Shown here: positions 31,358 to 43,013 of the stretch, in pieces
How the letters are laid out: each line of letters begins with the position of its first letter
Position numbering within the stretch: position 1 is the stretch's first letter
NCBI GenBank assembly: GCA_965213685.1
Contig: CBDBZY010000016.1
Coordinates: forward strand, 448,001-512,000
Source: a bacterium
Lineage (GTDB): Bacteria; UBA8248
Length of the DNA stretch: 64,000 bases
Reading direction: 5' to 3'
The notes under the pieces: model-generated
The model's input: only the letters and a program-made list of their open reading frames with translations
What the model was told of the DNA's origin: nothing
Databases searched by the model: none
Made by a program: the position numbers and the translations under genes

Positions 31358-34300
31358 TTAACTATCACTGCTAATGGTTCCATATGTTCGGCTGGTTGAC
31401 TGTCCATAGGACTGGTTTGGTGTTGGTGGTGTTCTCTGAACCAGAGGAGGCTGGTCTGAGCTCCCTCTTGTGCTGGTCTTGGTGACACTCTGCTGTGTTG
31501 AAGAGTATGCATAGCTCTGTGAGCTACTCTGAGCTGCTTCACTTGAGTTGGTGCTGGTGGTGGAGTTAGTGTGCTTGGGTCGGTAGCGATTCCTCTCGCG
31601 GTCCCTCCCAAAAGCTTCCACGCCCTCCACAAAGAGTCGGTATTCCTCATCAGCAGATGACAAAGGAGGGGCTTCAGATGTCTCGTCATCTGTGTCTTTA
31701 GGAAGGGGCACCAGTGGTGACCTCTCAGGCACATTGGTACCCATACATCGAGACAGACATGACCTAAAAGACTGGTCGTTGTTCTTGACTATTCGGTATA
31801 TTACATAACAGATCATGTAGAAGAGAGGACAGAAGATGAGGAGATACTGAAGTGCAAAGGCCCAACTAGTGAGTGGGATATCCATTGCAGCATAAAAGAT
31901 GTTGTACATACTGAGGACATTGATCAGTGCAAGGATTCCAAGAATTGTGGCATCAACATTATTGTAGAAGTCTTTCTTGTATGGTCTGATGACAGCAAAT
32001 AGGAGAATTCCAATTGTGCACACCAACTGCTGGACAACGTACTGCTGGAACCAGATGCCAGTATAAATGAAAGAGGTGAATATTATTGTGCGCAGAAGGA
32101 AGTAGAGCCCGGCAAAGTATCGGCAATCTCTTGTTCCGTTTGTTCCATCTTTAAAGCAACCTTGGAATGTATCGAGAAACACCTGCATACGTCCACCAGC
32201 TTGGAAAAACTGACCACAACAACCGAGCCTTCTAGTCAGACTCTCTACTAACTTCAGTGGGTAGACGAAGAGGATCAGAGGTGGGAGCAGTACGAATGTG
32301 ATCATCACAAACATGGCCATTATGAAGTATGGGATGTGCTCCTTGCCAAGGTATTCTGTGCCTCCTTGATAGTAGAGATGATGACCTGTTCTTGGTCCTG
32401 TGGAGTCCTGCACAGTTGTAGGAGTGAGCAGGTAGGTAGAAACCACAGTGAACTTGGTATACGAAAGGACAAGAAATGTGGAAAAAGCATCAATGGTGGA
32501 TCTATTCAAGTTCCAGCGTCGTTGGAATGAGCCAAAAATACGATGCACTGGCTTACAGAGACAGAAGATTGGCTGTATGCCACGTTCATACAGTGACACT
32601 GTGCAGTAGAACACCAGTATCAGAAGCAGAGGATAAACAGCAAGGACATAGTGTAGAGACAGCACTCCTAGGGTGTCTACATCAGGGCTGATGCAGAAAG
32701 GTGGCACAACGGAAGTAAAAAAGTTCAGATTCCAAATGTCGTATGGTACTTCATAGATCTTTTGCAGAGTAATGGCACTGCTAGTGACGTTTCTTATAGG
32801 GACAGTCTTATCTCCATCTATATCAAATGTTGTTGTTAGAAGTTGAGCAAAAAAGATGAAGCCATTAGCGCTGCCTCGAGTAACACTGATGTGGAAGAGG
32901 ACAACAATGAAGAAGAATATAGTGATAGGGAGGATCTCTAACAGCAGGTAATAGACCCAGTGGTACAGGGCCTGCTTGTGAGTGCACTTCACACAGTCAA
33001 AGGTATTTGAGTTGATGGCAGGGGCATACCCCTTAACACACTGTCCACAAAACATGCCTTGCCTGTTGACAGGATGGCAGAGCAGTTCATCCAGCCCAGA
33101 ACTTTTGTTGGGCAGCTTCACGTACTCCTCCTCCATATGCACAGCAGTGTAGGGACACATCCCCACAACAAGCTGGTCAGACGACTCGTCTATCCCCATC
33201 CACTGCCCTCTCCTCAGTCTCACTGAGAAATCCGCCTGATTGCACCTCACCACTCCCCCATAGTTACCAGTACACACACACTGTGTGTTGTTGTGTGTGT
33301 CATTCTGAGGGGAAAATCCCGGGGGGCAGGGAAGAATTTCTACTACAATTTCAGTGTAGAGCACTCGAGGATTGATTGTTTCTATTGCTAGCAGAGCAGT
33401 TGAGTTTGGTTCTCCAGTTAGCTCAACAGTATTGTCTGAAACATAGGTATAGGCACTTGGAATCTGCGCAGTGTCTGGAGAGTGTGACCACAAGTTGAAC
33501 ACAGCATGAGCAGTTTGGTTTTTCATTCTGTCACCCAAAACCTCAACAGGCATCAACTGTCTCTTCCCCAGTATGACCTCCATGTGGTAGGATGAATCAT
33601 TCCCTGTGTTACTGAAGGCAGCCGGAGCGCTAGATATATCATCTGAACAGTTACCTCCATCATATTCCCATGCACTGTTCCAACAAAACACATCCCGTCG
33701 AGGGTCGGGAACTTTCTTCTTGGACATTGGGGTATAGTATCCCCAAAAACAAGGTACAAGAGATGTGCCATATATAGCATTCCCACCATCGCTGTACAGA
33801 GCAGTATTCCCTTTAAAGTAGAAACTGGCAGTCCAGTTCCACGGCTGTAATGTAGGGTCACTGTACTGGATGAAGCACGTGCCAAAAAAGAATAACATAT
33901 GCTGCCCAACAGCATATGAGTATATGGCACCACCATACTGGCCAGCTATGTTGTCAATGAATATCATTTGTGTGTGGTCGTAAATACGAATGTAGGAGGA
34001 GCTATAGAGGGCAATGGCACCGCCAGTCCTGCCCTGGTTTCCAGTGAAGTTAGCAATGCAGTTTTCTAAAAAATGCACACCACTGTCAACAACAGCCAAA
34101 GCTGATCTGTTATTGTTTTCAAAATGAACACTGTTATTAAAATTCAGAGGAACAGTGTGTGTGTTAACTGTGCCAACACCTATTGGTTGACCAAGAGTCG
34201 ACACCACACTGGGATAGTCATTGTTTCCTATGAATATGCAGTCAGTGAAAACTGGATTTGTAATGGCACCTGTCCAACCTACTGACCACTCTGATAAGTC

Positions 34301-35596
34301 CATTGCACTACCAACTCTGCCAAGGTTGTATAGCCATGAACAGTCATAGAACAGTAATCTGTTGGTAGCCAGGCTCCTGCTTCTCTCTCTGGCTGTGTCG
34401 AAGTATACCCCTCCCCCCCAGTATGCCCAGTTGTGTTGGAAAGTGCAGTTTTGAAAAAGCATGGTATTGAGGCTCATACGGGAATCGTTACTGAAATGGA
34501 ACCCAAGTTTCATTCCTCCACCACCTGTAGTTTGGCCAGTTGTTGCACTAGCGTTGTAGAGGTATGCAGTGTTGTTATAAACTCTACAGGAGTCCATTAT
34601 GAACATGTTGTTCCAACTGAACTGCTGGAACTCTACAAACACTCCTCCTCCCCACTCTGCCTCATTGTTCTCAAACACACACCTTTCCACTGCCACTGAG
34701 CTGTTCTCAACTTCACTGAAGAACACACTCAGGCCTCCTCCGTGACCGAATGTCAGGTGGTTCGTGTCCTGGGGCAGGAGGTAGATGTACTCCACTGGGT
34801 GCCACATGTGCCCACGATTGCCCCCAAACACACACTCACTGATCCTGTACTCCACTCCTGTGCTGTACTGTGGGGGGATGGAGGTGGTGCCTGCGTCACA
34901 GTCACTAGGGAGTTGGGGGTCGCAGAAGGGAAATTCGATGTATAGACCCCCTCCACTAGGAACAATTTCATTGTTGGGGGGTCTGTTATAGAGGAAACTG
35001 CAGTTTTGGATGTAGTTGAGTCCACCAGTAGCATACACAGCCATTCCTGTCCCTGTGCTGTTGGTGACACTCACTCCAGTCAGGTTGATGTGCTGACAGA
35101 ACAGGAAGTACACGCCCACAGGAAACTGCATGAAGGAGAAGCTGTTGTCACTGAAGTTACGGCTCGTGCTGTTCTGCAGAGCCCCACAGCCGGAGAAGTG
35201 CACATTCTGGATAGTGATGTCACTGGACTGGACAAAGCTGAGGCCTGCCCCAGATTCACATGTCACTGTTACCACAGGTTGGGATGACCCATTTACAAAT
35301 GGGTCGACACCAGTCAGGGCTATATTGGTAAGTCCAGACAAGCTGATCATGTGGTTCAGTGAGTAGTCTCCACTGCTGACCACCACCTGAGTAAAGTTCA
35401 GCACTCGCTCACTCACTGCATAAGAGAAGGTACAGCAAGGGTGGGTGTGGCTTCCACAAGTGACATCATCAGTGGCATTGGGGTTGCTACAGTCCACATA
35501 CACTGTGTGGTCATAGGCCAATGCCAGAGACAGAAGCAATGGAGTTAGAAATATTGTGGCCACCCAAAAAGTGTGCACTGTTTGTACTGCTGCCAT
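31358..35596 (-). CDS. Receptor-like gene 5 (~1412 aa): distinct leader MAAVQTVHTFW, ectodomain B, membrane domain B, tail Y
   Basis: Open ORF with ATG at 35596 and a hydrophobic leader ending SLALA-YDHTVYVDC. Confidence 0.9.
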   Translation of the reverse strand: MAAVQTVHTFWVATIFLTPLLLSLALAYDHTVYVDCSNPNATDDVTCGSHTHPCCTFSYAVSERVLNFTQVVVSSGDYSLNHMISLSGLTNIALTGVDPFVNGSSQPVVTVTCESGAGLSFVQSSDITIQNVHFSGCGALQNSTSRNFSDNSFSFMQFPVGVYFLFCQHINLTGVSVTNSTGTGMAVYATGGLNYIQNCSFLYNRPPNNEIVPSGGGLYIEFPFCDPQLPSDCDAGTTSIPPQYSTGVEYRISECVFGGNRGHMWHPVEYIYLLPQDTNHLTFGHGGGLSVFFSEVENSSVAVERCVFENNEAEWGGGVFVEFQQFSWNNMFIMDSCRVYNNTAYLYNASATTGQTTGGGGMKLGFHFSNDSRMSLNTMLFQNCTFQHNWAYWGGGVYFDTARERSRSLATNRLLFYDCSWLYNLGRVGSAMDLSEWSVGWTGAITNPVFTDCIFIGNNDYPSVVSTLGQPIGVGTVNTHTVPLNFNNSVHFENNNRSALAVVDSGVHFLENCIANFTGNQGRTGGAIALYSSSYIRIYDHTQMIFIDNIAGQYGGAIYSYAVGQHMLFFFGTCFIQYSDPTLQPWNWTASFYFKGNTALYSDGGNAIYGTSLVPCFWGYYTPMSKKKVPDPRRDVFCWNSAWEYDGGNCSDDISSAPAAFSNTGNDSSYHMEVILGKRQLMPVEVLGDRMKNQTAHAVFNLWSHSPDTAQIPSAYTYVSDNTVELTGEPNSTALLAIETINPRVLYTEIVVEILPCPPGFSPQNDTHNNTQCVCTGNYGGVVRCNQADFSVRLRRGQWMGIDESSDQLVVGMCPYTAVHMEEEYVKLPNKSSGLDELLCHPVNRQGMFCGQCVKGYAPAINSNTFDCVKCTHKQALYHWVYYLLLEILPITIFFFIVVLFHISVTRGSANGFIFFAQLLTTTFDIDGDKTVPIRNVTSSAITLQKIYEVPYDIWNLNFFTSVVPPFCISPDVDTLGVLSLHYVLAVYPLLLILVFYCTVSLYERGIQPIFCLCKPVHRIFGSFQRRWNLNRSTIDAFSTFLVLSYTKFTVVSTYLLTPTTVQDSTGPRTGHHLYYQGGTEYLGKEHIPYFIMAMFVMITFVLLPPLILFVYPLKLVESLTRRLGCCGQFFQAGGRMQVFLDTFQGCFKDGTNGTRDCRYFAGLYFLLRTIIFTSFIYTGIWFQQYVVQQLVCTIGILLFAVIRPYKKDFYNNVDATILGILALINVLSMYNIFYAAMDIPLTSWAFALQYLLIFCPLFYMICYVIYRIVKNNDQSFRSCLSRCMGTNVPERSPLVPLPKDTDDETSEAPPLSSADEEYRLFVEGVEAFGRDRERNRYRPKHTNSTTSTNSSEAAQSSSQSYAYSSTQQSVTKTSTRGSSDQPPLVQRTPPTPNQSYGQSTSRTYGTISSDS

Positions 35597-35639
35597 CAAG
35601 CGCTTCCTGCAGTAGCAAACAAGAGATGATATCTTCACG

Positions 35640-36900
35640 CAACACCCTACTGGCCATACAAACTACAAGTACATGTACATTGTGTCCTGTGAGTAGCGCA
35701 TGCATCCTGTGAGTACGGCGGCGGCATAGACTTAATACCTCAGTAGGCTCCTGGTTGTAGATACTTTGACACGCACTAACTCAACTGACAGCAACGCAGC
35801 GGTCTCTCGGTGACAGAGCAGACAGGAATGGGCTTGTAGGTCCGTGCGGTGCCGTATTTCAGTAGAGTGTAGCCGGCTGCTTGCGCTGTACTAGACTCTA
35901 CTCGTTTATCATGAACTGAAAGTAGCCTATCACCTACCGTCTGACTCCCGGAAAGAGCAGGGGAGATGTAGCTAGCTACACTGCCGGTGCCAGCTGCTCG
36001 CCCACGCGCCCACCACAAGACACACCGCTATAGCGCGCTATGTACACAGGATACGTCATACACAGTTTTACACTGTGTAGATCTAGCTAACGTACGCGGA
36101 AAATTTTGGCGCCCCAAACATAAACAGAAACTAGTTCCGCGAAGAGTACCGTGCTGCGGGTGTTGTTTCGGTTTCATTTTACGACACGAAGCTCAGGCAA
36201 GGCTGTAGGTGCCTGCCCGTGTAATACCCAGGCCGTACCTGGATACTAGAGCCTGGACAATGGTTACGTGCCTCTAATATTCATGGCCAAGACTAGCTCC
36301 AGTTTACACAGTAAAAGGTCACTTCGTAATACGTCATGAGGCAGGCAGGTAGTATAGTAGTGTTACTTCCGGACGTCACGGTAAGTCCCCCTGCACCGGT
36401 CGAAAGGGTAAAGTTCACTACTAGAACTCTGGATGTATAAACCACATCAGCACTTGAAGAGGGCCAGAGTTTGCACGGCGAAGGAACGCGAACGAGTCGA
36501 GATTGCGTGTTGTACCAATTCAAGGTAAATGTTTAGCAACTTGGAAGTCCGCAGCTTAGCATCTCTGTGTATATAGTCACAGTGTAGTTTGTACGTGCAG
36601 ATATTTTATTCATGACATGCACAATAACCGCTTCCTCTCACGACTGAAACTCAGGACCTTGCCGGACTTAGTGAATAATTTTCAGGCTGCGTTCAGTGCA
36701 GTGTACGTGTGTCGGTGTCTGCACGTGACGTGGAAAAGAACCATTTCTACGCACGACAGGTGAGCTCAACTGAGACATTCATCACACAGAGCAAAGCACG
36801 CACCTTCAGGTACATGTGGTCCACAGTGTTGAGTGCGCATTCAGCTATGGCAACAATACTACTATAGCTCAATACATACATACAGTACCAAGTGTATTGA
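35640..36900. promoter_or_regulatory. Putative divergent promoter region between head-to-head genes 5 and 6
   Basis: CpG-rich ~1.3 kb interval between opposing start codons, with GGAAGT/CTTCCG and ACGTCA motifs. Confidence 0.4.
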
Positions 36901-36950
36901 GTGTCAGCTCTTCTCTCGTTTGTTATCCTGCTAGGTTAAGGAGCAGGGCC

Positions 36951-39900
36951 ATGACGTCTGAGAGGTTGTTCTGGCTCTTGTTGGCGATTATGCTGCATAG
37001 TGCCCTCTCCTTTGCTCACTATGAACACACAGTGTATGTGGACTATAGCAATCCCAATGCCACTGATGATGCCACTTGTGGAAGCCACACCCACCCTTGT
37101 TGTACCTTCTCCTATGCTGTGAGTGAGCGAGTGCTGAACTCCACTCAGGTGGTGGTCAGCAGTGGAAACTACTTACTGAACCACACGATCAGCTTGTCTG
37201 GACTTACCAATATAGCCCTGACTGGTGTCGACCCATTTGTAAATGGGTCATCCCAACCTGTGGTGATAGTGACCTGTGAATCAGGGGCAGGCCTCAGCTT
37301 TGTCCACTCCAGTGACATCACTATCCAGAATGTGCACTTCTCTGGCTGTGGGGCTCTGCAGAACAGCACGAGCCGTAACTTCAGCGACCACAGCTTCTCC
37401 TTCATGCAGTTTCCTGTGGGCGTGTACTTCCTGTTCTGTCAGCACATCAACCTGACTGGAGTGAGTGTCACCAACAGCACAGGGACAGGAATGGCCGTGT
37501 ATGCTACTGGTGGACTCAACTACATCCACAACTGCAGTTTCCTCTATAACAGACCCCCCAACAATGAAATGGTTCCTAGTGGAGGGGGTCTATACATCGA
37601 ATTTCCCTTCTGCGACCCCCAACTCCTTAGTGACTGTGACGCAGGCAACACCTCCATCCCCCCACAGTACAGCACAGGAGTGGAGTACAGGATCAGTGAG
37701 TGTGTGTTTGGGGGCAATCGTGGGCACATGTGGCACCCAGTGGAGTACATCTACCTCCTGCCCCAGGACACGAACCACCTGACATTCGGTCACGGAGGAG
37801 GCCTGAGTGTGTTCTTCAGTGAAGTTGAGAACAGCTCAGTGGCAGTGGAAAGGTGTGTGTTTGAGAACAATGAGGCAGAGTGGGGAGGAGGAGTGTTTGT
37901 GGATTTTCAGGAGCTGAGCAGAAGCAACCATTTCTCAATATCTTCCTCAGTCATCCGAAACAACACCTCTTTCTTCAAGAAGGAGAGCTATTCCACGCAG
38001 ACCACAGGAGGTGGTGGTATGAGATTGGAGTACATGTTCACCGATGACTCAGAAATGGAGAACAACAGTATAGTGGTCGATAGCTGCCTGTTCCAACACA
38101 ACAGAGCATACTGGGGAGGCGGGGTGTCCTTCAGCACTGCCCGTGAGAGAAGGCACAGCACGGCCTCAAACTCCCTCACATTTTGTAACTGTACTTGGGA
38201 CTCAAACTATGGGAGGACTGGCAGTGCCATTGACCTCTCCATTTGGAACAAGGCGTCAGAAGGAGCCACCGTGACTCCTGTATTCAGCGACTGTGCCTTC
38301 GTCAACAATAACGACAACAATACTAATTATAGTAACGTTATTGGTGACATCATTGGAGTGGGTACTTTGTATACAAGTTGCGTGTCAATCATATTCGAGC
38401 ACTCTGTTGTTTTCGAGGACAACAACTCCTCCGCTCTGGCATCTGTTGATGCTTCGCTCGATTTCATGGACCACTGTGATGCAATTTTCTACAGGAACAG
38501 TGGCAGAAGTGGTGGTGCCATATCTCTATTTGGGTCGGCCTATATCAAAGTGCACAACTACACGAACATGCAGTTTATTAACAACTCTGCATCACAGTAT
38601 GGAGGGGCCATCCACTGCTACGCCATTGATCAACACACACTTGCCATGTTTGGCAATTGCTTCATCCAGTATCAAGATATCCTCACTGAGCCATGGAACT
38701 GGACAGCTAGGTTCTTCTTCAAAGGAAACACGGCCACCTACAACGGAGGAAGGAACTCAATCTCGGCCGTGTCTCTGTACCCCTGTCTCTGGGACTACTA
38801 TAGCATGCAGCCTTCAACGCAAGTCCCCAGTCCATCCCAGCAGCTGTTCTGCTGGAATGAGAACTGGGTGTACGACGAAGGCTCCTGCGAGGACGAGATA
38901 TCCAGTGCACCAGCTGCTTTCAACACCTCAAAGAACGGCTCGAGACACATGGAGCTCATTCTGGGGAGGCCCCAGGCAATGCCAGTGGAGGTTCTTGACG
39001 ATAAGGGAGTCAATGTGAGTGAGCGTGTCGTATACACTGCACGCTCCCTGACCCCTGACCTTGCCCAAGTGCCTAATAACTCATTCTACATATCTGATAG
39101 TGCTTTGAATTTGGTGGGGATTCCCAACAGCACAGCTGCTATTCAGCTCGAGACTCTTGGCCCCCGGGTGCTGACCTGGGAGCTAGACGTCACTGTCCTC
39201 CCCTGTCCCCCAGGGTTTGCCCCCCAGACTTCTGAAAATTCCTCCCTGGCCAAGTGTGTGTGTGATGAGAGTTATGGAGGGAGAGTGAAGTGTAACGAGG
39301 CTTCCTTTACTGCCAAGTTGCAACGAGGGCATTGGATGGGAGTGGACTCTAGTTTGGAAGGGGATCTCTCTAAGCAGCTTCTGGTTGGTATGAGTCCTTA
39401 CACAGCTAGTGCTATGGACTCACAGTATGTTGAGCTGCCAAACAAGACGGCGGATCTCGACGGACAGTTGTGTGAGCCAGTGGGGAGGGAGGGGATTATG
39501 TGTGGTCGCTGTCGCCAAGGTTACGGTCTGGCTGTGAACACTAAACAAATCCAGTGTGTGCGATGCTCGGACAGCCAAGCCCACTACATGTGGGTCTTTT
39601 ACATCCTCTCCCAATTACTGCCCATCACAATAATGTTCCTGATATTTGTCCTACTTCACGTCAGCACCACCACTGGCCCTGCCAATGCCTTCATTTTATT
39701 TGCACAGCTCTTGACAACCACTTTCAGCATTGAAGGAGACGAAACAGTCCACATAGACAGCGTCACCTCACACTACGATGCGCTGCAAAAAGCCTACACC
39801 ATTCCCTACGATATCTGGAACCTCAATTTCTTCTTCTTCCCGCCCACCTGCCTCAGCCCCCACCTCAGCACTCAAGCATTCTTATCGCTAGACTTCCTCG

Positions 39901-41270
39901 TGGCGGCCTATCCTCTCATTCTCATTGCCCTCTTCTATGGTGTGGTCTCTCTCTATGATCGAGGTATCCAACCTGTTTACTGCCTGTGTCGTCCCCTGCA
40001 TAACCTGTTTGCCCGGTTTCAACACCAGTGGAACCTCCAACACTCAACCATTGACGCCTTTGCGACATTTCTTGTTCTCTCCTACAATAAGTTCACCGTG
40101 ACCTCTGTGTACCTCCTGACCTCTGACCCCTTGGTGGACAGCTTGGACAAAACAGTGACCAATGTGTTGTACCTTGATGGCAATGTCCATTTCCTTAGCA
40201 ACGAACACCTTCCCTACTTCTTCCTAGCTCTCTGCATTCTTCTGACCATAGTGACACTGCCTCCTCTCCTCCTCCTCGTCTACCCACTCAGACTGATTCA
40301 GAGGTTGTCAAACTGGTTTGGCTGCAAGAAAACCTGTTGTAAGATCAACACTGGCGGCCGAATGCAGATGTTCCTCGACACATTCCAAGGCTGCTTCAAG
40401 GACGGCACCAATGGGACAAGAGACTACAGATACTTTGCTGGTGTCTACTTCATCCTTCGCATCCTCTTCTTCACACTCTATGCCTACACAGGTATGTGGA
40501 TACGGCAGTACTTCATACAGCAGCTGTTCTGCACAGTGGCTGTGCTTCTCTTCGCAGTGTTCAGACCTTACAAAAAGGACTTCTACAATAACCTCGATGC
40601 GACCATATTTGGTGTGTTAGCCCTCATTAACGCTGTGAGTATGTACAACATATACTTCACATCGCTGGATCAGCCTGCGTCCAAATGGGCTTTTGCCATA
40701 CAATATATCCTGATATTCTGTCCTCTGGTGTACATGGTGGTATATGTCATGTGGGCAGTGATCAAGAACAATCGGCAGAAGCTGAAGAAATTTTTCCGTT
40801 TTGGATCCGTTGATGAGAATACTACGCTTCTCTCTAGTCACCATGACGACGGCAGTTTGGATGCTGAGTTTCTGGCATTTGCAGCTGTTATGGATGATCA
40901 GTCACACCAGGTTATTCACATCACACCACCAAGGGGGCGTAACACAGGGAGAAATTCTGGTCCCCAGGGGGCCGGCTTGGATCTGTCCACTAGCCCAACT
41001 TCGTCTCGTGGCACTTCTGGTGTCATTCGTATCCATGACTACAGCTACGAGAGGAATGAGGGAGGGAGGAGGTCAGAGGGCGAGCACAGGACTGACCACC
41101 TCACAGAGGGAGAGGGACAGGGCAGTGGAAGGGAAGAAGAGAGGGGAGAGAGAGGTGGGACGGAGGGCAGAGGAGGGAGGGGGGACAGTGAGGTCGGTCC
41201 ATCAAGAGATGGCCACCATCAACACAGGGACAGGCAGGACATAGATGAAGACCACATCCATGACAACTAA
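36951..41270 (+). CDS. Receptor-like gene 6 (~1439 aa): B-type first ~315 aa, ectodomain C, membrane domain C, tail Z
   Basis: Open ORF with ATG at 36951. Near-identical to genes 2-5 up to AEWGGGVFV (~37900), then divergent. Confidence 0.9.
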   Translation: MTSERLFWLLLAIMLHSALSFAHYEHTVYVDYSNPNATDDATCGSHTHPCCTFSYAVSERVLNSTQVVVSSGNYLLNHTISLSGLTNIALTGVDPFVNGSSQPVVIVTCESGAGLSFVHSSDITIQNVHFSGCGALQNSTSRNFSDHSFSFMQFPVGVYFLFCQHINLTGVSVTNSTGTGMAVYATGGLNYIHNCSFLYNRPPNNEMVPSGGGLYIEFPFCDPQLLSDCDAGNTSIPPQYSTGVEYRISECVFGGNRGHMWHPVEYIYLLPQDTNHLTFGHGGGLSVFFSEVENSSVAVERCVFENNEAEWGGGVFVDFQELSRSNHFSISSSVIRNNTSFFKKESYSTQTTGGGGMRLEYMFTDDSEMENNSIVVDSCLFQHNRAYWGGGVSFSTARERRHSTASNSLTFCNCTWDSNYGRTGSAIDLSIWNKASEGATVTPVFSDCAFVNNNDNNTNYSNVIGDIIGVGTLYTSCVSIIFEHSVVFEDNNSSALASVDASLDFMDHCDAIFYRNSGRSGGAISLFGSAYIKVHNYTNMQFINNSASQYGGAIHCYAIDQHTLAMFGNCFIQYQDILTEPWNWTARFFFKGNTATYNGGRNSISAVSLYPCLWDYYSMQPSTQVPSPSQQLFCWNENWVYDEGSCEDEISSAPAAFNTSKNGSRHMELILGRPQAMPVEVLDDKGVNVSERVVYTARSLTPDLAQVPNNSFYISDSALNLVGIPNSTAAIQLETLGPRVLTWELDVTVLPCPPGFAPQTSENSSLAKCVCDESYGGRVKCNEASFTAKLQRGHWMGVDSSLEGDLSKQLLVGMSPYTASAMDSQYVELPNKTADLDGQLCEPVGREGIMCGRCRQGYGLAVNTKQIQCVRCSDSQAHYMWVFYILSQLLPITIMFLIFVLLHVSTTTGPANAFILFAQLLTTTFSIEGDETVHIDSVTSHYDALQKAYTIPYDIWNLNFFFFPPTCLSPHLSTQAFLSLDFLVAAYPLILIALFYGVVSLYDRGIQPVYCLCRPLHNLFARFQHQWNLQHSTIDAFATFLVLSYNKFTVTSVYLLTSDPLVDSLDKTVTNVLYLDGNVHFLSNEHLPYFFLALCILLTIVTLPPLLLLVYPLRLIQRLSNWFGCKKTCCKINTGGRMQMFLDTFQGCFKDGTNGTRDYRYFAGVYFILRILFFTLYAYTGMWIRQYFIQQLFCTVAVLLFAVFRPYKKDFYNNLDATIFGVLALINAVSMYNIYFTSLDQPASKWAFAIQYILIFCPLVYMVVYVMWAVIKNNRQKLKKFFRFGSVDENTTLLSSHHDDGSLDAEFLAFAAVMDDQSHQVIHITPPRGRNTGRNSGPQGAGLDLSTSPTSSRGTSGVIRIHDYSYERNEGGRRSEGEHRTDHLTEGEGQGSGREEERGERGGTEGRGGRGDSEVGPSRDGHHQHRDRQDIDEDHIHDN

Positions 41271-41429
41271 CAAGCTACTACATCTAGCATGATAGCATGG
41301 AATGACTCCACTACTGCAGAGTACTACTCTGTACCACATGTATAGTGCTCTATTTGAAGGTATTTTCATTTTACTTTATGTATACAGTGGTATTGTAGCT
41401 ATGGCCAATGTATATACTGTGTGTGAATT

Positions 41430-41645
41430 TATATGGCAGTACAAAGTGAAAATTCAGTGATAATTAATATAGTAGTGATGAGCATGCACAGTATGGTAGT
41501 GGGTGTGGTCACAGTATGGCAGTGGGTGTGGTCACATATTCTCCTGATGATGGTGTTCTGCAGTTTGACAATTAACGTTCTTGGCTTGCAGTAGGAGGGG
41601 TAGGTCCAATGGTGTGACTGCTGCAGACAATGCATCCTAGGGAGG
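41430..41645 (-). pseudogene. Degenerate copy of the CLYBL last exon and 3'UTR
   Basis: Aligns with 48750-48917. The reverse strand reads ..DLPLLLQAKNV..VKLQ with frameshifts and retains the CTAG acceptor. Confidence 0.7.
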
Positions 41646-41937
41646 GGAAGTGAGGGGAGGTGCTTAGAGAGGGTACATACTATTCCCAGTACATGGCAAC
41701 CAGATTTGTAGCCCAGGGAGCCATTAAGATGAAAGTTTAAGCTTATGAAATGTGAGCAGCTAACAGTTGTGCACGGCTTACATCATAGTTATAGTCGCTG
41801 ATGCTGCAAGGTATATATACCGCTAATGTGCAGTCCGTGCAGTGCGGGGGAACAACCGCGTAAGGTCGGCTAACATTACGGGAAATTTATGCACGTTGTG
41901 GGCACGAGTAGCGGCCGCTGATGCTGCACGGTATATA

Positions 41938-43013
41938 GAGTAAGTTATCGATGATCGGACGCCATCTATTTTCGGACGCATTTGCGAAGTCTGTGTGTAA
42001 TTAAAGTAGTTAATTTTTGCGACAAAATGTAGTCCTGAGTCACAAACCTTTGTAGAAAAAAAATCGTTTTTATCAAAGCTTCAAGGCCTGAATTATGTGG
42101 CGATAAATGACCGTCCGAAAGTAATGCATTAGCAGACAAAAGTATCATTCTTCGGACGCCTCTTCCAAAAACTACGTAATGTAGGGGATTCTATCGAAAG
42201 TATGCTTCATACATAATGTTATCCTTTGGCTATCCAGCGAACTATAGTTTGGCTACTTTCGTCTTCATTGCTTCCCACGTCATCGCTGTAAACATGTCAA
42301 AGTCACGTAATCAATATTCGGACACAAAAAATGGATTTTGCCTTATTCCGCCTGAGACACGTAAGTAATTCTGATTCCAAAATTTTTACACATGCTGCTG
42401 GTGCTTTTACAAGAAAACTACACCACTATTTTTTGCTTTTGCAAGATTTGAAGTTTTTAGGTAATTAAATACTAAATTATTTTTTAAAAGACCAAAAATC
42501 AAAATCAGGTATAATCAAAAAAGGTGGTGTAGGTATTCTGTACACGACCAGTAGCACCTGAAGAAAGTATTGAAAGCAGACGTTCTCGCTTGCCTTAGGT
42601 GCAAGAGAGCAAAAACCGTTCATCGTGTCCGAACATTGATTAGGTGACTTTGGTATGTTTGACGGGGATGGCGTGTGAAGCACTTAAGATGAAAATGAAC
42701 AAACTATAGTTCGCTGGATAGCCAAAGGATAACACTGTGTATGAATCATACTTTCGATAGAATCCCCTGAATTATGTAGTTTTTGGAAGAGTCGTCCGAA
42801 GAATGATACTTTTGTCCGTTAATGCATTACTTTCAGACTGTCATTTATCGCCACATAATTCAGGCCTTGAGGCTCTGATAAAGGCGAATTTTTTTCTACA
42901 AAGGTTTGTGACTCAGGACTACATTTTGTCGCAAAAAGTAACTAGTTTAGTAACACACAGACTTCGCAAATGCGTCCGAAAATAGATGGCGTCCGATCAT
43001 CGGTAACTTACTC
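41938..43013. mobile_element. Non-autonomous DNA transposon with ~315-bp TIRs, GAG termini and a TATA target (Sola-like)
   Basis: 41938-~42252 mirrors ~42700-43013; TATA|GAGTAAG...CTTACTC|TATA. It sits in the second copy of a ~120-bp tandem repeat whose first copy (~41797-41915) is empty. Confidence 0.85.

Noticed and set aside
41966-42985. Two near-identical 60-aa ORFs on opposite strands
   Set aside because: By-products of the long TIRs of the 41938-43013 element, with no transposase motifs.
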